Shown: positions 8,006 to 16,307 of the stretch, piece by piece
Layout of the letters: every line of letters starts with the position of its first letter
Position numbering within the stretch: position 1 is the first letter of the stretch
Source of the DNA: a virus
Lineage: Duplodnaviria > Caudoviricetes
DNA length: 27,089 nt
Reading direction: 5' to 3' (one strand)
IMG/VR virus record: IMGVR_UViG_3300046779_001217
Coordinates: 1-27,089 of that record
Translations under genes and position numbers: made by a program
The notes under the pieces: model-generated
Seen by the model: the letters and a program-made list of their open reading frames with translations, nothing else
Databases searched by the model: none
Told to the model about the DNA's origin: nothing

Positions 8006-9173
8006 TATGTTGATTCCTAAGTGTCGAAGCCTTTACCTTGTCCATATAAAGTACACAAGGGTGGCTTGTCATCCAGTCTTGCGTTCTAGAACTAGGCGCT
8101 GGATGAACGAAATTCGTAATAATAAGTTTAACATGTTCGTTAGAGGAAAACAACCACTTAGGTGGTTGGTGTTGGAACACTAGCATTTTTCCTCCTTCGA
8201 TAGGACCGCCAAGACCTTCGTCCTTGATCCACTGATTAATATTAGGAGTATCGTTATTATTAGACCTAAAGCAAACTCTTATTTCAGAGTTAGGGATGCC
8301 GTTATCGTTTGCATTCTTGATAAAAGATTTAATCCAGTCGATGCTTTCGTTATTTCTATCCAGCAAAACTGCAACTTTTCCTTTGATTTCTTTATAGATT
8401 TTAAACACGTCTGTGTGATCAACGATGTAAAAGTTTGAATCTGTTGTTACAGCTAGTTGCTCAATCACCGATTCGGGATTTCGACCTAGGTCAAGTTTAA
8501 ACCCCATGTGTTTAGCTGTAAGAAGATCGTTAACAACATTATCGCTAAACTCCGAATCCCAATATTCTTGTGCTGAACTATTGGCGTTTACCAGCGTTAC
8601 TTTTCCATCTTCGATTTTACAGTAAGGGCTAATGTCGCTTTGCGATTGCCAAACTTGTTCAACCTCACTCATTGCAAACATAAATGATTCGTCGATTTCT
8701 ATTTGTTGTTCCATGGCAAATGCGTGTATTCTAATAAGGTTGAAATCGTTGAAAGAAAGCAGTCTTACCTTCTTGTCGTTGTCCCATTTACTAACGTTAG
8801 GCTTGCGTAGATCTTTATCAAACTCTTTTTCAAATATTTCTTTTGTCTGAAACGGAAACTTGAAACAGATCCAAAGAATTCCTTCTTCATCCTTTAGACA
8901 CGACAGTTTCTTAGTTAGATCGATTTCTCTAAAGACCGCTTTCCATGTAGCAGTTTTTAGACTATCAGTATAGTCAAAACCGTATACTTTGCTAATCTGT
9001 TTATATTTTTCTAAAATGCGTATTAGGTACTGGCCTTGCTTATAAGTCAGTGCCTTGCCTGAGATAATAAGCGAATAGAAAGAAGCAGCACCACTACCAT
9101 CAGTATGTGACCACACTGATGGCTGAGAACAAATACCTTCGTAAAATTTGGTGAAAATGTCTTCATAATACAT
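7992..9173 (-). CDS. Hypothetical protein, 393 aa
   Basis: Long ORF, first gene behind a consensus sigma70 promoter, overlapping the helicase start. Confidence 0.85.
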   Translation of the reverse strand: MYYEDIFTKFYEGICSQPSVWSHTDGSGAASFYSLIISGKALTYKQGQYLIRILEKYKQISKVYGFDYTDSLKTATWKAVFREIDLTKKLSCLKDEEGILWICFKFPFQTKEIFEKEFDKDLRKPNVSKWDNDKKVRLLSFNDFNLIRIHAFAMEQQIEIDESFMFAMSEVEQVWQSQSDISPYCKIEDGKVTLVNANSSAQEYWDSEFSDNVVNDLLTAKHMGFKLDLGRNPESVIEQLAVTTDSNFYIVDHTDVFKIYKEIKGKVAVLLDRNNESIDWIKSFIKNANDNGIPNSEIRVCFRSNNNDTPNINQWIKDEGLGGPIEGGKMLVFQHQPPKWLFSSNEHVKLIITNFVHPAPSSRTQDWMTSHPCVLYMDKVKASTLRNQHIVNL

Positions 9174-9179
9174 AATAAT

Positions 9180-9208
9180 ATTATAGTATAGACTTACTGT
9201 GAAGTCAA
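9180..9208 (-). promoter_or_regulatory. sigma70-type (early) promoter TTGACT-17 nt-TATAAT
   Basis: Minus strand reads TTGACT (9208-9203), a 17-nt spacer, then TATAAT (9185-9180). The ATG follows after 6 nt. Confidence 0.85.
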
Positions 9209-10045
9209 TGATAGACTAAGATATTTCTCTAATCTCTTGAGAGGAATGCCGGAGCGTATCTCGTTAACTGTCCATTCTGTATGGCATAGTTTTAAAAACC
9301 ATTCGTCTCTATTGGGTAATGCTATGTCCTCAATATTTTGAATTTTTCCTGAAATTTCGTGGGCTAAACTAGACCTATCACAGATTACAGGAACACCATT
9401 TATAGCAGCTTGAACACCAGGACCACTGTTGTGATTTACAACACAATGAAAGTTGTAGTTGATATTAAAGTCGTCATAAGTGTTTTGTACACGTTGAGGT
9501 CTTTCGACTTTTATCCCTGGTAAATTCACAGAAAATGGGGATCTTGGATGTGGTCTAACGATGATGTTTCTATTGGTGTGTGCTCTGATGTTGTTGACAA
9601 TAGTTGTGGCCCATTGAGTCATTGTAGGTTGACCTTCCCATTGCAAACTGTGTTGATGTTGTGCAGCCACAAGTATTTCCGGTCTTCGATTTTTCACGAA
9701 ATTTTCCAGTTTTACCCCTAAAAAATCCGGTCTATTTAAATCTAGGTTTTCGTCGTTTCCAAACAATCCAAGACTGTTAATATGATTAACCCCGATCCTC
9801 CAAGTTTGGCCTCTATGAAAGTTTCCAACCTCAATGATAACTACGGGCTTACCTGCTAATCTACATTTTTCATAGATTGCCTGATTAGATTTCATGCGTC
9901 CTTGCCACAAAACTGACCAAATTACTGGTATGGCATCTGGATCGTGAGTTGACTCGTGACCAAGTGTTTTGATTCCCTGTTCGAAGGCATCGAAAATAGG
10001 AGGACTGTTGAGAGCACCAAACTCTCTATATAATCTGAAGCGCAT
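9194..10045 (-). CDS. KpsS/KpsC-like (capsule-synthesis-type GT-B) putative glycosyltransferase, paralog 1
   Basis: ILVAAQ, IIVRPHP and VVNHNSGPGVQAAINGVPV motifs resemble the C-terminal domain of capsule-biosynthesis GT-B enzymes. Confidence 0.6.
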   Translation of the reverse strand: MRFRLYREFGALNSPPIFDAFEQGIKTLGHESTHDPDAIPVIWSVLWQGRMKSNQAIYEKCRLAGKPVVIIEVGNFHRGQTWRIGVNHINSLGLFGNDENLDLNRPDFLGVKLENFVKNRRPEILVAAQHQHSLQWEGQPTMTQWATTIVNNIRAHTNRNIIVRPHPRSPFSVNLPGIKVERPQRVQNTYDDFNINYNFHCVVNHNSGPGVQAAINGVPVICDRSSLAHEISGKIQNIEDIALPNRDEWFLKLCHTEWTVNEIRSGIPLKRLEKYLSLSLTSQ

Positions 10046-10051
10046 AAGTTT

Positions 10052-10059
10052 TATAAATA
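10052..10059 (+). promoter_or_regulatory. T4-late-like promoter TATAAATA for the plus-strand two-gene unit
   Basis: Exact T4 late consensus in the 26-nt divergent gap, 12 nt before ATG 10072. Confidence 0.65.
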
Positions 10060-10065
10060 TCAGAG

Positions 10066-10071
10066 TATTTA
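10066..10071 (-). promoter_or_regulatory. Late-type TAAATA box for the 9194..10045 gene
   Basis: TAAATA on the minus strand of the same gap, 20 nt before ATG 10045. Confidence 0.5.
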
Positions 10072-10479
10072 ATGATTTTGATGAGCAAATTTACAAAAAG
10101 ATTAGAAAAAAATTCTAGAGTATTAGAAAACTGTATTGTTGTAGGTTCAGCATTTGGTAACCTAGAAAGTTTATGCGATATTTTCAATACTGTATTTGTA
10201 TTGTCAGACGGCGACAGATCTTTCAAACGAAAGAATGTAGTGTACCGTGAAGATTTTGAGGATATTTCTATATTACCTAATATCAGTGTGATTTTTATCG
10301 ACGCTGACAAAATAGATAAGATAGGAAAACTAAAATCTGCATGGACAAGATACTGGCCAACGATTTTTATAGGCTCGGGAGAGTTTATTGATCGATCATA
10401 TTCAAAAATGCTCAACGGAAATCACTACGAAATAGTTGAGCTGTACAAAGATTACCAAATTTGGAAGTTAAAAAAATGA
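10072..10479 (+). CDS. Hypothetical protein, about 135 aa, possibly a degenerate Rossmann/methyltransferase-like fold
   Basis: CIVVGSAFG and VIFIDAD segments. The stop overlaps the next start (ATGA). The start could be 10072 or 10081. Confidence 0.7.
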   Translation: MILMSKFTKRLEKNSRVLENCIVVGSAFGNLESLCDIFNTVFVLSDGDRSFKRKNVVYREDFEDISILPNISVIFIDADKIDKIGKLKSAWTRYWPTIFIGSGEFIDRSYSKMLNGNHYEIVELYKDYQIWKLKK

Positions 10480-11288
10480 AAATCTCAGTGGTTACGACCT
10501 TTCACAAAGAAGGTTATGAAAAATACGGTCAACGGATGATCCAAACATTTTTACAAAGTTGGCCAACGGACGTTACCTTGTATGTCTACGCCGAAGATTG
10601 TGAAGTTTTAGAAAAATCACCAAACCTAATAGTCAAGGATCTTCATAAAGAAAGCCCAGCATTGGTAGATTTTAAAAATAAATGGAAAGGCGTACCAAAG
10701 GCCAATGGCGATGTCAGTAATGATCCTGTTAGGTCAAGAAGAAAAGATGCCGGCAAAGGATTTAAGTGGCACGCTGTTAGGTTTAGTCATAAGGTCTACA
10801 GTATTTTTGCCTGTGCTCAAGAGTGCGACAGTGATATTTTGCTTTGGATGGATGCCGATACTGTTTGCCATAGTCCTATTTCTAGAAAAGACCTTGAAAG
10901 ACTTTGTCCCACTACAAAAGATTTGTGTTTCCTTGGAAGAAAAGGCAAGTTTACAGAGTGCGGGCTTTACTCTATGAGTTTAAAAAATGAAGGCACTCAG
11001 AAATTCTTGAAAAAGTTCCAAGATTATTACGATAATGCAGAGCAAGGTATTTTTACACTTGCCGAATGGCATGATAGTTTTGTATTTGATGCAGTCCGAC
11101 AGACTATGACACTAAATGAGTGGAACTGGAGTGACGGATTAGTAACAGGTGAAGGCCATCCGTTGATTAACAGCGAATGGGGAGCATGGTTAGATCACTT
11201 AAAAGGTGGTCGCAAGGATCTAGGCAAGAGTAAGAGGACAGATCTCTTGGTGAAGAGAACAGAGGCCTACTGGAAACAGTTTTCTTAA
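10476..11288 (+). CDS. GT-A glycosyltransferase, about 270 aa
   Basis: ISVVTTF N-terminal strand, AVRFSHKVY, LLWMDAD (DxD), EWHDSFVFD and DHLKG. Start moved to ATG 10476 (ATGA overlap). Confidence 0.75.
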   Translation: MKISVVTTFHKEGYEKYGQRMIQTFLQSWPTDVTLYVYAEDCEVLEKSPNLIVKDLHKESPALVDFKNKWKGVPKANGDVSNDPVRSRRKDAGKGFKWHAVRFSHKVYSIFACAQECDSDILLWMDADTVCHSPISRKDLERLCPTTKDLCFLGRKGKFTECGLYSMSLKNEGTQKFLKKFQDYYDNAEQGIFTLAEWHDSFVFDAVRQTMTLNEWNWSDGLVTGEGHPLINSEWGAWLDHLKGGRKDLGKSKRTDLLVKRTEAYWKQFS

Positions 11289-12211
11289 ATATATTTTCTA
11301 AAAAACTGCCACGCTTCGCCGGACTTTAGTTCGTCGAAACTCCAGTGGCACATAGCTACACGTTCAATCCAGGCTTGTCTATCCGGCAAATCTGGATTTT
11401 CTATTTTAGATAGGTCAGTATTTGCAACTCCGAAGCTCTGACTGTGTTGAGGTTGCGGATCTGTTAAAAATGCAGGCACACCTTCGATGATACTGGCAAC
11501 ACTAGGACTGCTGTTATAGACAACAGTTGCCCAAGCACCTGCTAAATCGTCAGTTAACTTTTCATTTTTACTTACAGTGACATTTTTATGATTGATTCTT
11601 AGCACCTGTTTGATTTTTTTGTCACCAGGATGTGTTCTAACAACAATGGGTCTCTTTTTACAGTGCTGTCTTATCTGTGCAATGGTTCTTTCAAGCCACT
11701 CTAGTGTACTTAGACCACCCATACTCCAGCCACCGTGGCGTTGAAGGCAGATTAAAATATGATTGCCTTCATTTCTCCAAGGTTTTAGAGATATTCCTAA
11801 GTTGTTACTGATTTTTTGCCAGCGGGTTGGGTCAACGTCTGTGTCAAAGTAAAAACCAGTGGTAGGAAAGACACCGTCGTAACTGTAACGAAGATATGTT
11901 TTTGTATTTCCACTGTCTGCATATAAAAACAGATTGCTATCTACAATAAGGCTACGTTTGCCTCTGGCTTTTTGTCGGTCAACTGCATTTTTCCTCAACA
12001 TCAAGTGAGGTAATGTTTTTCCGTGGTCATGTACAAAGCCCTGTATCAGTGCAACATCACAATCTACAACATTCATTCCCTTGTGTGCAATCGCAGTGTC
12101 GCCTGATACTGTTACACCTTGACAAAAGTTAGATAAAATCAGTGGTTTTTCCGGATTGTTGTTATTTGGAGGGATTCCACCGAAGTACGCGACAGCAGTA
12201 AACTTATCCAT
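11285..12211 (-). CDS. KpsS/KpsC-like putative glycosyltransferase, paralog 2
   Basis: ILICLQ, IVVRTHP, VVYNSSPSVASIIEGVPA and the C-terminal WSFDELKSG segment shared with the paralogs. Confidence 0.6.
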   Translation of the reverse strand: MDKFTAVAYFGGIPPNNNNPEKPLILSNFCQGVTVSGDTAIAHKGMNVVDCDVALIQGFVHDHGKTLPHLMLRKNAVDRQKARGKRSLIVDSNLFLYADSGNTKTYLRYSYDGVFPTTGFYFDTDVDPTRWQKISNNLGISLKPWRNEGNHILICLQRHGGWSMGGLSTLEWLERTIAQIRQHCKKRPIVVRTHPGDKKIKQVLRINHKNVTVSKNEKLTDDLAGAWATVVYNSSPSVASIIEGVPAFLTDPQPQHSQSFGVANTDLSKIENPDLPDRQAWIERVAMCHWSFDELKSGEAWQFFRKYI

Positions 12212-13295
12212 GATACCTCTCCACTAATCTTCCAGCAGTTCCGTCTATTAACTCTTCAAAAGTAAACTGACTGTAGCTCAACATACACAACCAGTTGGCA
12301 AGATTCGGTCTATAAAGATTGTTTATGTCTGAAATCTTACTACGTGACACTGGGTTGGTGATATGTCTATCTAATGTAATCACCGGCACACCTGCCCAGA
12401 TAGATTCTGTCGCAGCATTTGAGTTAATGTTGACAACACAGTAGTAATCCTCATCTGTCAAATGTTTATATAGATTTTCTCTGGTCTTTTTGTTAACTTT
12501 TTCTCTAAAGACAATAGGCTTATCACTATACTGTCTAATCTCAGCCTCAATACTATATCTCCATGTTTTTATGTCTACATGAAATATGCTGGCAGCAAAT
12601 GGTCCGGGTTCAATGACTAATATCTTTTCTCCGGAGTGTCTCCATTGGCATGGAAAAGATGCAAAGTTTCCTAGTCTATCAACAGGTGCATCGATGACAT
12701 TGCCGTGATGTAGGTGATTGTGAACTAGCCTATGCCATTTCTTGTTAGGCTCTAAAAAGTTTGTGTAGCCGCTATCAATAAACCAGAAAGGATATCCTTT
12801 ATCTATCTTTGACACTAGCAGTTCTTCGTTTCCTACTGTGTTTCTGATAAGGCAGTCTTCTGTGTAGTCCGTAAACTCTTTTCTTCTAATCATCTTAGCA
12901 GTAGTAGACAGATTGAATCCTACGCTTTTAACAAAGTTTTGTTTTTGACTATTCTTATACTGCTCTAATACTTTTTCTTCGCCCAGTTTCATTAAAAAAT
13001 AGTCTAGATTTTTATGTATCTTGTTAAAATAAAAATCTCTCTTCTGATCCAAGTGTGCATTGATTCTTTTACGATAATCTTTTAAATCTCGTTCAACAGC
13101 GCTCTTGATTTTAGATTTAAACTTGTCTCGCATCTTTTTAATGTCGAACTTTCTTTTCATTTTTTCGTACATAATATAGGTACGAACCTGTCCAACACTT
13201 TCTTCACTGTACCACACTTCTTTGCATGTTTCCACAAGGTCAAGTTGACTTATTAAGAAATACGTAAGTTCTTTGTCATTTAACAGTAACTTCAT
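12204..13295 (-). CDS. KpsS/KpsC-like putative glycosyltransferase with Lys-rich N-terminal extension, paralog 3
   Basis: FWFIDSGY, VVNINSNAATESIWAGVPV and YSQFTFEELIDG. Start moved to ATG 13295 (ATGA overlap). Confidence 0.6.
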   Translation of the reverse strand: MKLLLNDKELTYFLISQLDLVETCKEVWYSEESVGQVRTYIMYEKMKRKFDIKKMRDKFKSKIKSAVERDLKDYRKRINAHLDQKRDFYFNKIHKNLDYFLMKLGEEKVLEQYKNSQKQNFVKSVGFNLSTTAKMIRRKEFTDYTEDCLIRNTVGNEELLVSKIDKGYPFWFIDSGYTNFLEPNKKWHRLVHNHLHHGNVIDAPVDRLGNFASFPCQWRHSGEKILVIEPGPFAASIFHVDIKTWRYSIEAEIRQYSDKPIVFREKVNKKTRENLYKHLTDEDYYCVVNINSNAATESIWAGVPVITLDRHITNPVSRSKISDINNLYRPNLANWLCMLSYSQFTFEELIDGTAGRLVERYHG

Positions 13296-14056
13296 TTTAA
13301 CAAACTCCATGCAGTGCCGTTGAGTATTTCTTCTTGTGTAAACTGACCATATGCAAGATTCTTACATTGATTTAATATAGTCTTTTCATCCGGTCTATAT
13401 AGATTCGTTATGTTCTTGAGATCACAGTCAACCAATGGGCTTGCAGCACAAGGCACAGATGCAAACGCCGGGATTCCGTATAATACTGATTCTAAAGAAG
13501 CAATACTGTTAAATGATACTGTGGCATAAACGCCACTATCAAAAGCATCATAGATAGTATATTCTTTATTTCTAAAACTTCTGGAACCCTTAACTCGTAT
13601 TTCTATAGGTAAATCGATATGTTTAGAGATTGCTTCAGTTGTTTCAGCAATCCATTTATCACAGTCAATATTATAAAATCTACAGGCTTTAGGATTTGGC
13701 AACACTAAAAGAATTTTTTTATCAAATGACTTCCAACCTGTCCATTCTAATCTAGGATCTTGCTTTACTAATCGTTTCCATCTATCCGATGGTACGTCTT
13801 TAATAGTTGGATGCTGCAATCCATTCTTAACAATCCTGTGCCAGATCTTTTTACCTGACGGATTGCCAACACTGGGAAAGTTCCCTAAGTATCCTGTGTC
13901 GATGTAGTAATAATCTCTTCCGGCAGCAATACATTGTTCTATTTCACTTTTACTAGTTACTCCCCGAACAACTAACGGTTTATCATCTAAAATATTTGTA
14001 GTACATAAACCGCCAGAGCCTCTTACTAACGACTCTTCTAACGATATTTCATTCAT
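13292..14056 (-). CDS. KpsS/KpsC-like putative glycosyltransferase, paralog 4
   Basis: YYYIDTGY, WHRIVKN, VSFNSIASLESVLYGIPA and YGQFTQEEILNG. Confidence 0.6.
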   Translation of the reverse strand: MNEISLEESLVRGSGGLCTTNILDDKPLVVRGVTSKSEIEQCIAAGRDYYYIDTGYLGNFPSVGNPSGKKIWHRIVKNGLQHPTIKDVPSDRWKRLVKQDPRLEWTGWKSFDKKILLVLPNPKACRFYNIDCDKWIAETTEAISKHIDLPIEIRVKGSRSFRNKEYTIYDAFDSGVYATVSFNSIASLESVLYGIPAFASVPCAASPLVDCDLKNITNLYRPDEKTILNQCKNLAYGQFTQEEILNGTAWSLLK

Positions 14057-14840
14057 TTAACATTTCCATTGCTTTGCCAGATCTAAGTTCACTAACATGA
14101 TATTGCCCGTAGGCTAGGTGGCATCCCCATGCATATAATTTATCGCTGTCTGCATAGTATGGTGAGTCTATTAGGCTTAGGTCTTGTAAAGCAACAGGGC
14201 TTGCTGCGTTTGCTGGTGCAAGAGTAAATGCTGGTATACCGTGAAAAATAGCTTCTACAGCAGCTACAGAGTTAAAGGTAACTAAAGCGAACACATCCTT
14301 ATCTAGCGCCTGTTGTAGGGTATCTGTAGCTATTCTATCAATGCGTTTAGGAGCACGTTGTCTAACAATCACAGGACGATCAGTGTATTGTTTGATTTTA
14401 TTAACAGTTTCGTTTACCCATCGTTCTTGTGTAGTGCCATAGAACTTACAGGGTTTTTCGTCCGGAGCAGCCACCAGTATAGCTCTTCCATCCTTCTTCC
14501 AAGGTTCAAACTTTTTATTAAACTTTTTAAATCTGTCATCAGATCTAGGTATTATAGATCCGTGCTGTAAATCATTTTTAACAATACGATGCCAATACTT
14601 CCAACCATTAGGATTATTGAGGTTCCGCTCATTGCCGAAGTACCCGGTATCTATATAATAAAAATCTCGCTTGTCTTCCCAGCAACGTTTCATTATCTTA
14701 TGTTTCATTATCCCACGAAGCACAATAGGATCATTACTAGCATCGTAGTCAAAATCATCAGTAGGGGTAGGAGTAGTCTTACACCCAGCAGCAAACATGT
14801 TTACATATTCATCGTTGCCGTCTTTACTTAAAAAAATCAT
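14049..14840 (-). CDS. KpsS/KpsC-like putative glycosyltransferase, paralog 5
   Basis: FYYIDTGY, WHRIVKN, VTFNSVAAVEAIFHGIPA and YGQYHVSELRSG. Start moved to ATG 14840 (ATGA overlap). Confidence 0.6.
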   Translation of the reverse strand: MIFLSKDGNDEYVNMFAAGCKTTPTPTDDFDYDASNDPIVLRGIMKHKIMKRCWEDKRDFYYIDTGYFGNERNLNNPNGWKYWHRIVKNDLQHGSIIPRSDDRFKKFNKKFEPWKKDGRAILVAAPDEKPCKFYGTTQERWVNETVNKIKQYTDRPVIVRQRAPKRIDRIATDTLQQALDKDVFALVTFNSVAAVEAIFHGIPAFTLAPANAASPVALQDLSLIDSPYYADSDKLYAWGCHLAYGQYHVSELRSGKAMEMLNE

Positions 14841-15517
14841 AGAGTACGTTGTTGGCAATATTCTGTATAGATGCGTTCTCTATGCCACTCGTCGCTAAAG
14901 TTTCCTTGATTAGCAAACTCATGAAAGCAGGGAGTTCCGAGAGTGTAATGCACAAGTTTGGCAGACGGATTCCAGTCATACTCAACATCTAACCAGTTCC
15001 ATTCTTTAGGCAGCTCGCCTATTAAATCATCAGATAGCCAAGTGAATCTATGTACCTGTGCGCCAGTTGCATGTTGTATAAACTCTGGAGTAACAGTGGC
15101 ATTAGCAGGATGACCGCAGTTCCAAAGAATAACACTCGACCAGTTCTTTCTAGGGTAGTTTTCATTTTTTGCACCGAGATACTTTTCAGTCATCTTAGTT
15201 TCATAATCGTGCTTAACTACCATTACTGCCTTGCTTTCGTCTCTCAACTCCCACAACTTGTTGATATCATCACGTAGGATCATGTCACCATCTATAAAGA
15301 TAGCCCAACCCTTGTATCCAGTTAAGTGAGGGACTAAAAATCTAGAATAGATAAAATGATTACTGCCGTCTGTATGTTCTTCTTTATAGTCTTTAAGCAG
15401 ATTCAATGCCATTGGTACTATAGCAACAGGCTGACTAGTTTGTCGAATAATACTGTTAGAACAGGTATGATACGCTATCGCTTCTCGAGGATCGTATCCA
15501 ATAAAGACTGGAATCAT
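14837..15517 (-). CDS. GT-A glycosyltransferase (GT8-like)
   Basis: VFIGYDPRE, FIYSRFLVP, AIFIDGDM (DxD), YPRKNWSSV and LPKEWN...HYTLGTP. Confidence 0.85.
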   Translation of the reverse strand: MIPVFIGYDPREAIAYHTCSNSIIRQTSQPVAIVPMALNLLKDYKEEHTDGSNHFIYSRFLVPHLTGYKGWAIFIDGDMILRDDINKLWELRDESKAVMVVKHDYETKMTEKYLGAKNENYPRKNWSSVILWNCGHPANATVTPEFIQHATGAQVHRFTWLSDDLIGELPKEWNWLDVEYDWNPSAKLVHYTLGTPCFHEFANQGNFSDEWHRERIYTEYCQQRTL

Positions 15518-16275
15518 TTTCTTTCAATGTCCTCTTCAACGCATTTTTTTCCGTATTGTATTTCTACTATTTTGCACGGAACCTCGTAAGGATTTGTTAG
15601 CTGATGCCAATCACCTACAGGTATCTTAAACTCTAAATGTTCTTTTAACAGTGTTGGAGGCAGTGCATATCCTCCAGGCATCATGCTGTTAACTACACAT
15701 GCTCCGCTGCTAACAATCCAGTATTCTGCACGAAGTTCATGTCTCTGCATACTTAAACTGCATCCCGGATCAACTGTAAGTTCTTTTACTTTCATCCCCG
15801 GAACTTCGTGCAATACACGATAGTAACCCCAAGGACGCTTAGTCTTTGGCGCTTTCCATTCTTGCAAAATCCATGAACTAGAATTCTTTTTATCCTCGCC
15901 GCCGACACCAAAGGCAAACTCTAAGTTATTATCTACAATGTCCATTTCGGGAATGTTCGATGATGTACGATCACCACCATTAGCAAAAATAATCTTATCT
16001 TGAGGATAACTTGCACGGACCATCTGGATCGCATGGTTAGCTGATCCGTCATCATCATTAAAGTCGATAACAAAGTCAACACCTACAATGTTACGTACAA
16101 TACTTGAACGTTCCATGTACGGCATAAAAGGAGAACCTTTCTTGCGTGTCAACCATGCATCTGAGTTGATACCAACGACTAGAATATCTCCTAGTGCTTT
16201 GGCTGCTTTGAAATAGGCGATATGCCCAGAATGAAGGGGGTCGAAACCCCCTGTGATTAGTACAATGCGTTTCAT
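15514..16275 (-). CDS. HxGH nucleotidyltransferase (cytidylyltransferase-like, TagD/RfaE family) fused to a C-terminal mannose-6-phosphate isomerase type II cupin
   Basis: TGGFDPLHSGH, VVGINSD, FANGGDR and KKNSSS, followed by RPWGYY, LSMQRH..RAEYW and WHQL. Start moved to ATG 16275. Confidence 0.9.
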   Translation of the reverse strand: MKRIVLITGGFDPLHSGHIAYFKAAKALGDILVVGINSDAWLTRKKGSPFMPYMERSSIVRNIVGVDFVIDFNDDDGSANHAIQMVRASYPQDKIIFANGGDRTSSNIPEMDIVDNNLEFAFGVGGEDKKNSSSWILQEWKAPKTKRPWGYYRVLHEVPGMKVKELTVDPGCSLSMQRHELRAEYWIVSSGACVVNSMMPGGYALPPTLLKEHLEFKIPVGDWHQLTNPYEVPCKIVEIQYGKKCVEEDIERK

Positions 16276-16280
16276 GCAGA

Positions 16281-16288
16281 TATTTATC
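16281..16288 (-). promoter_or_regulatory. Late-type promoter GATAAATA, 5 nt before ATG 16275, inside an 8-bp inverted repeat
   Basis: Minus strand reads GATAAATA-tctgc-ATG. The inverted repeat tgcagata-tt-tatctgca spans 16275-16292. Confidence 0.65.
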
Positions 16289-16307
16289 TGCACATATAAT
16301 GGCTGTT

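Noticed and set aside
16234-16252. GC-rich hairpin aggggg-tcgaaa-ccccct
   Set aside because: It lies in the conserved TGGFDPL coding motif, so Gly and Pro codons explain the complementarity. There is no U-tract.
9194-16275. Bacterial capsule or LPS locus (host chromosome or contamination)
   Set aside because: The island is flanked by uvsW and uvsY/uvsX, uses the same phage-type TAAATA boxes and gene overlaps, and lacks transport or polymerase genes.
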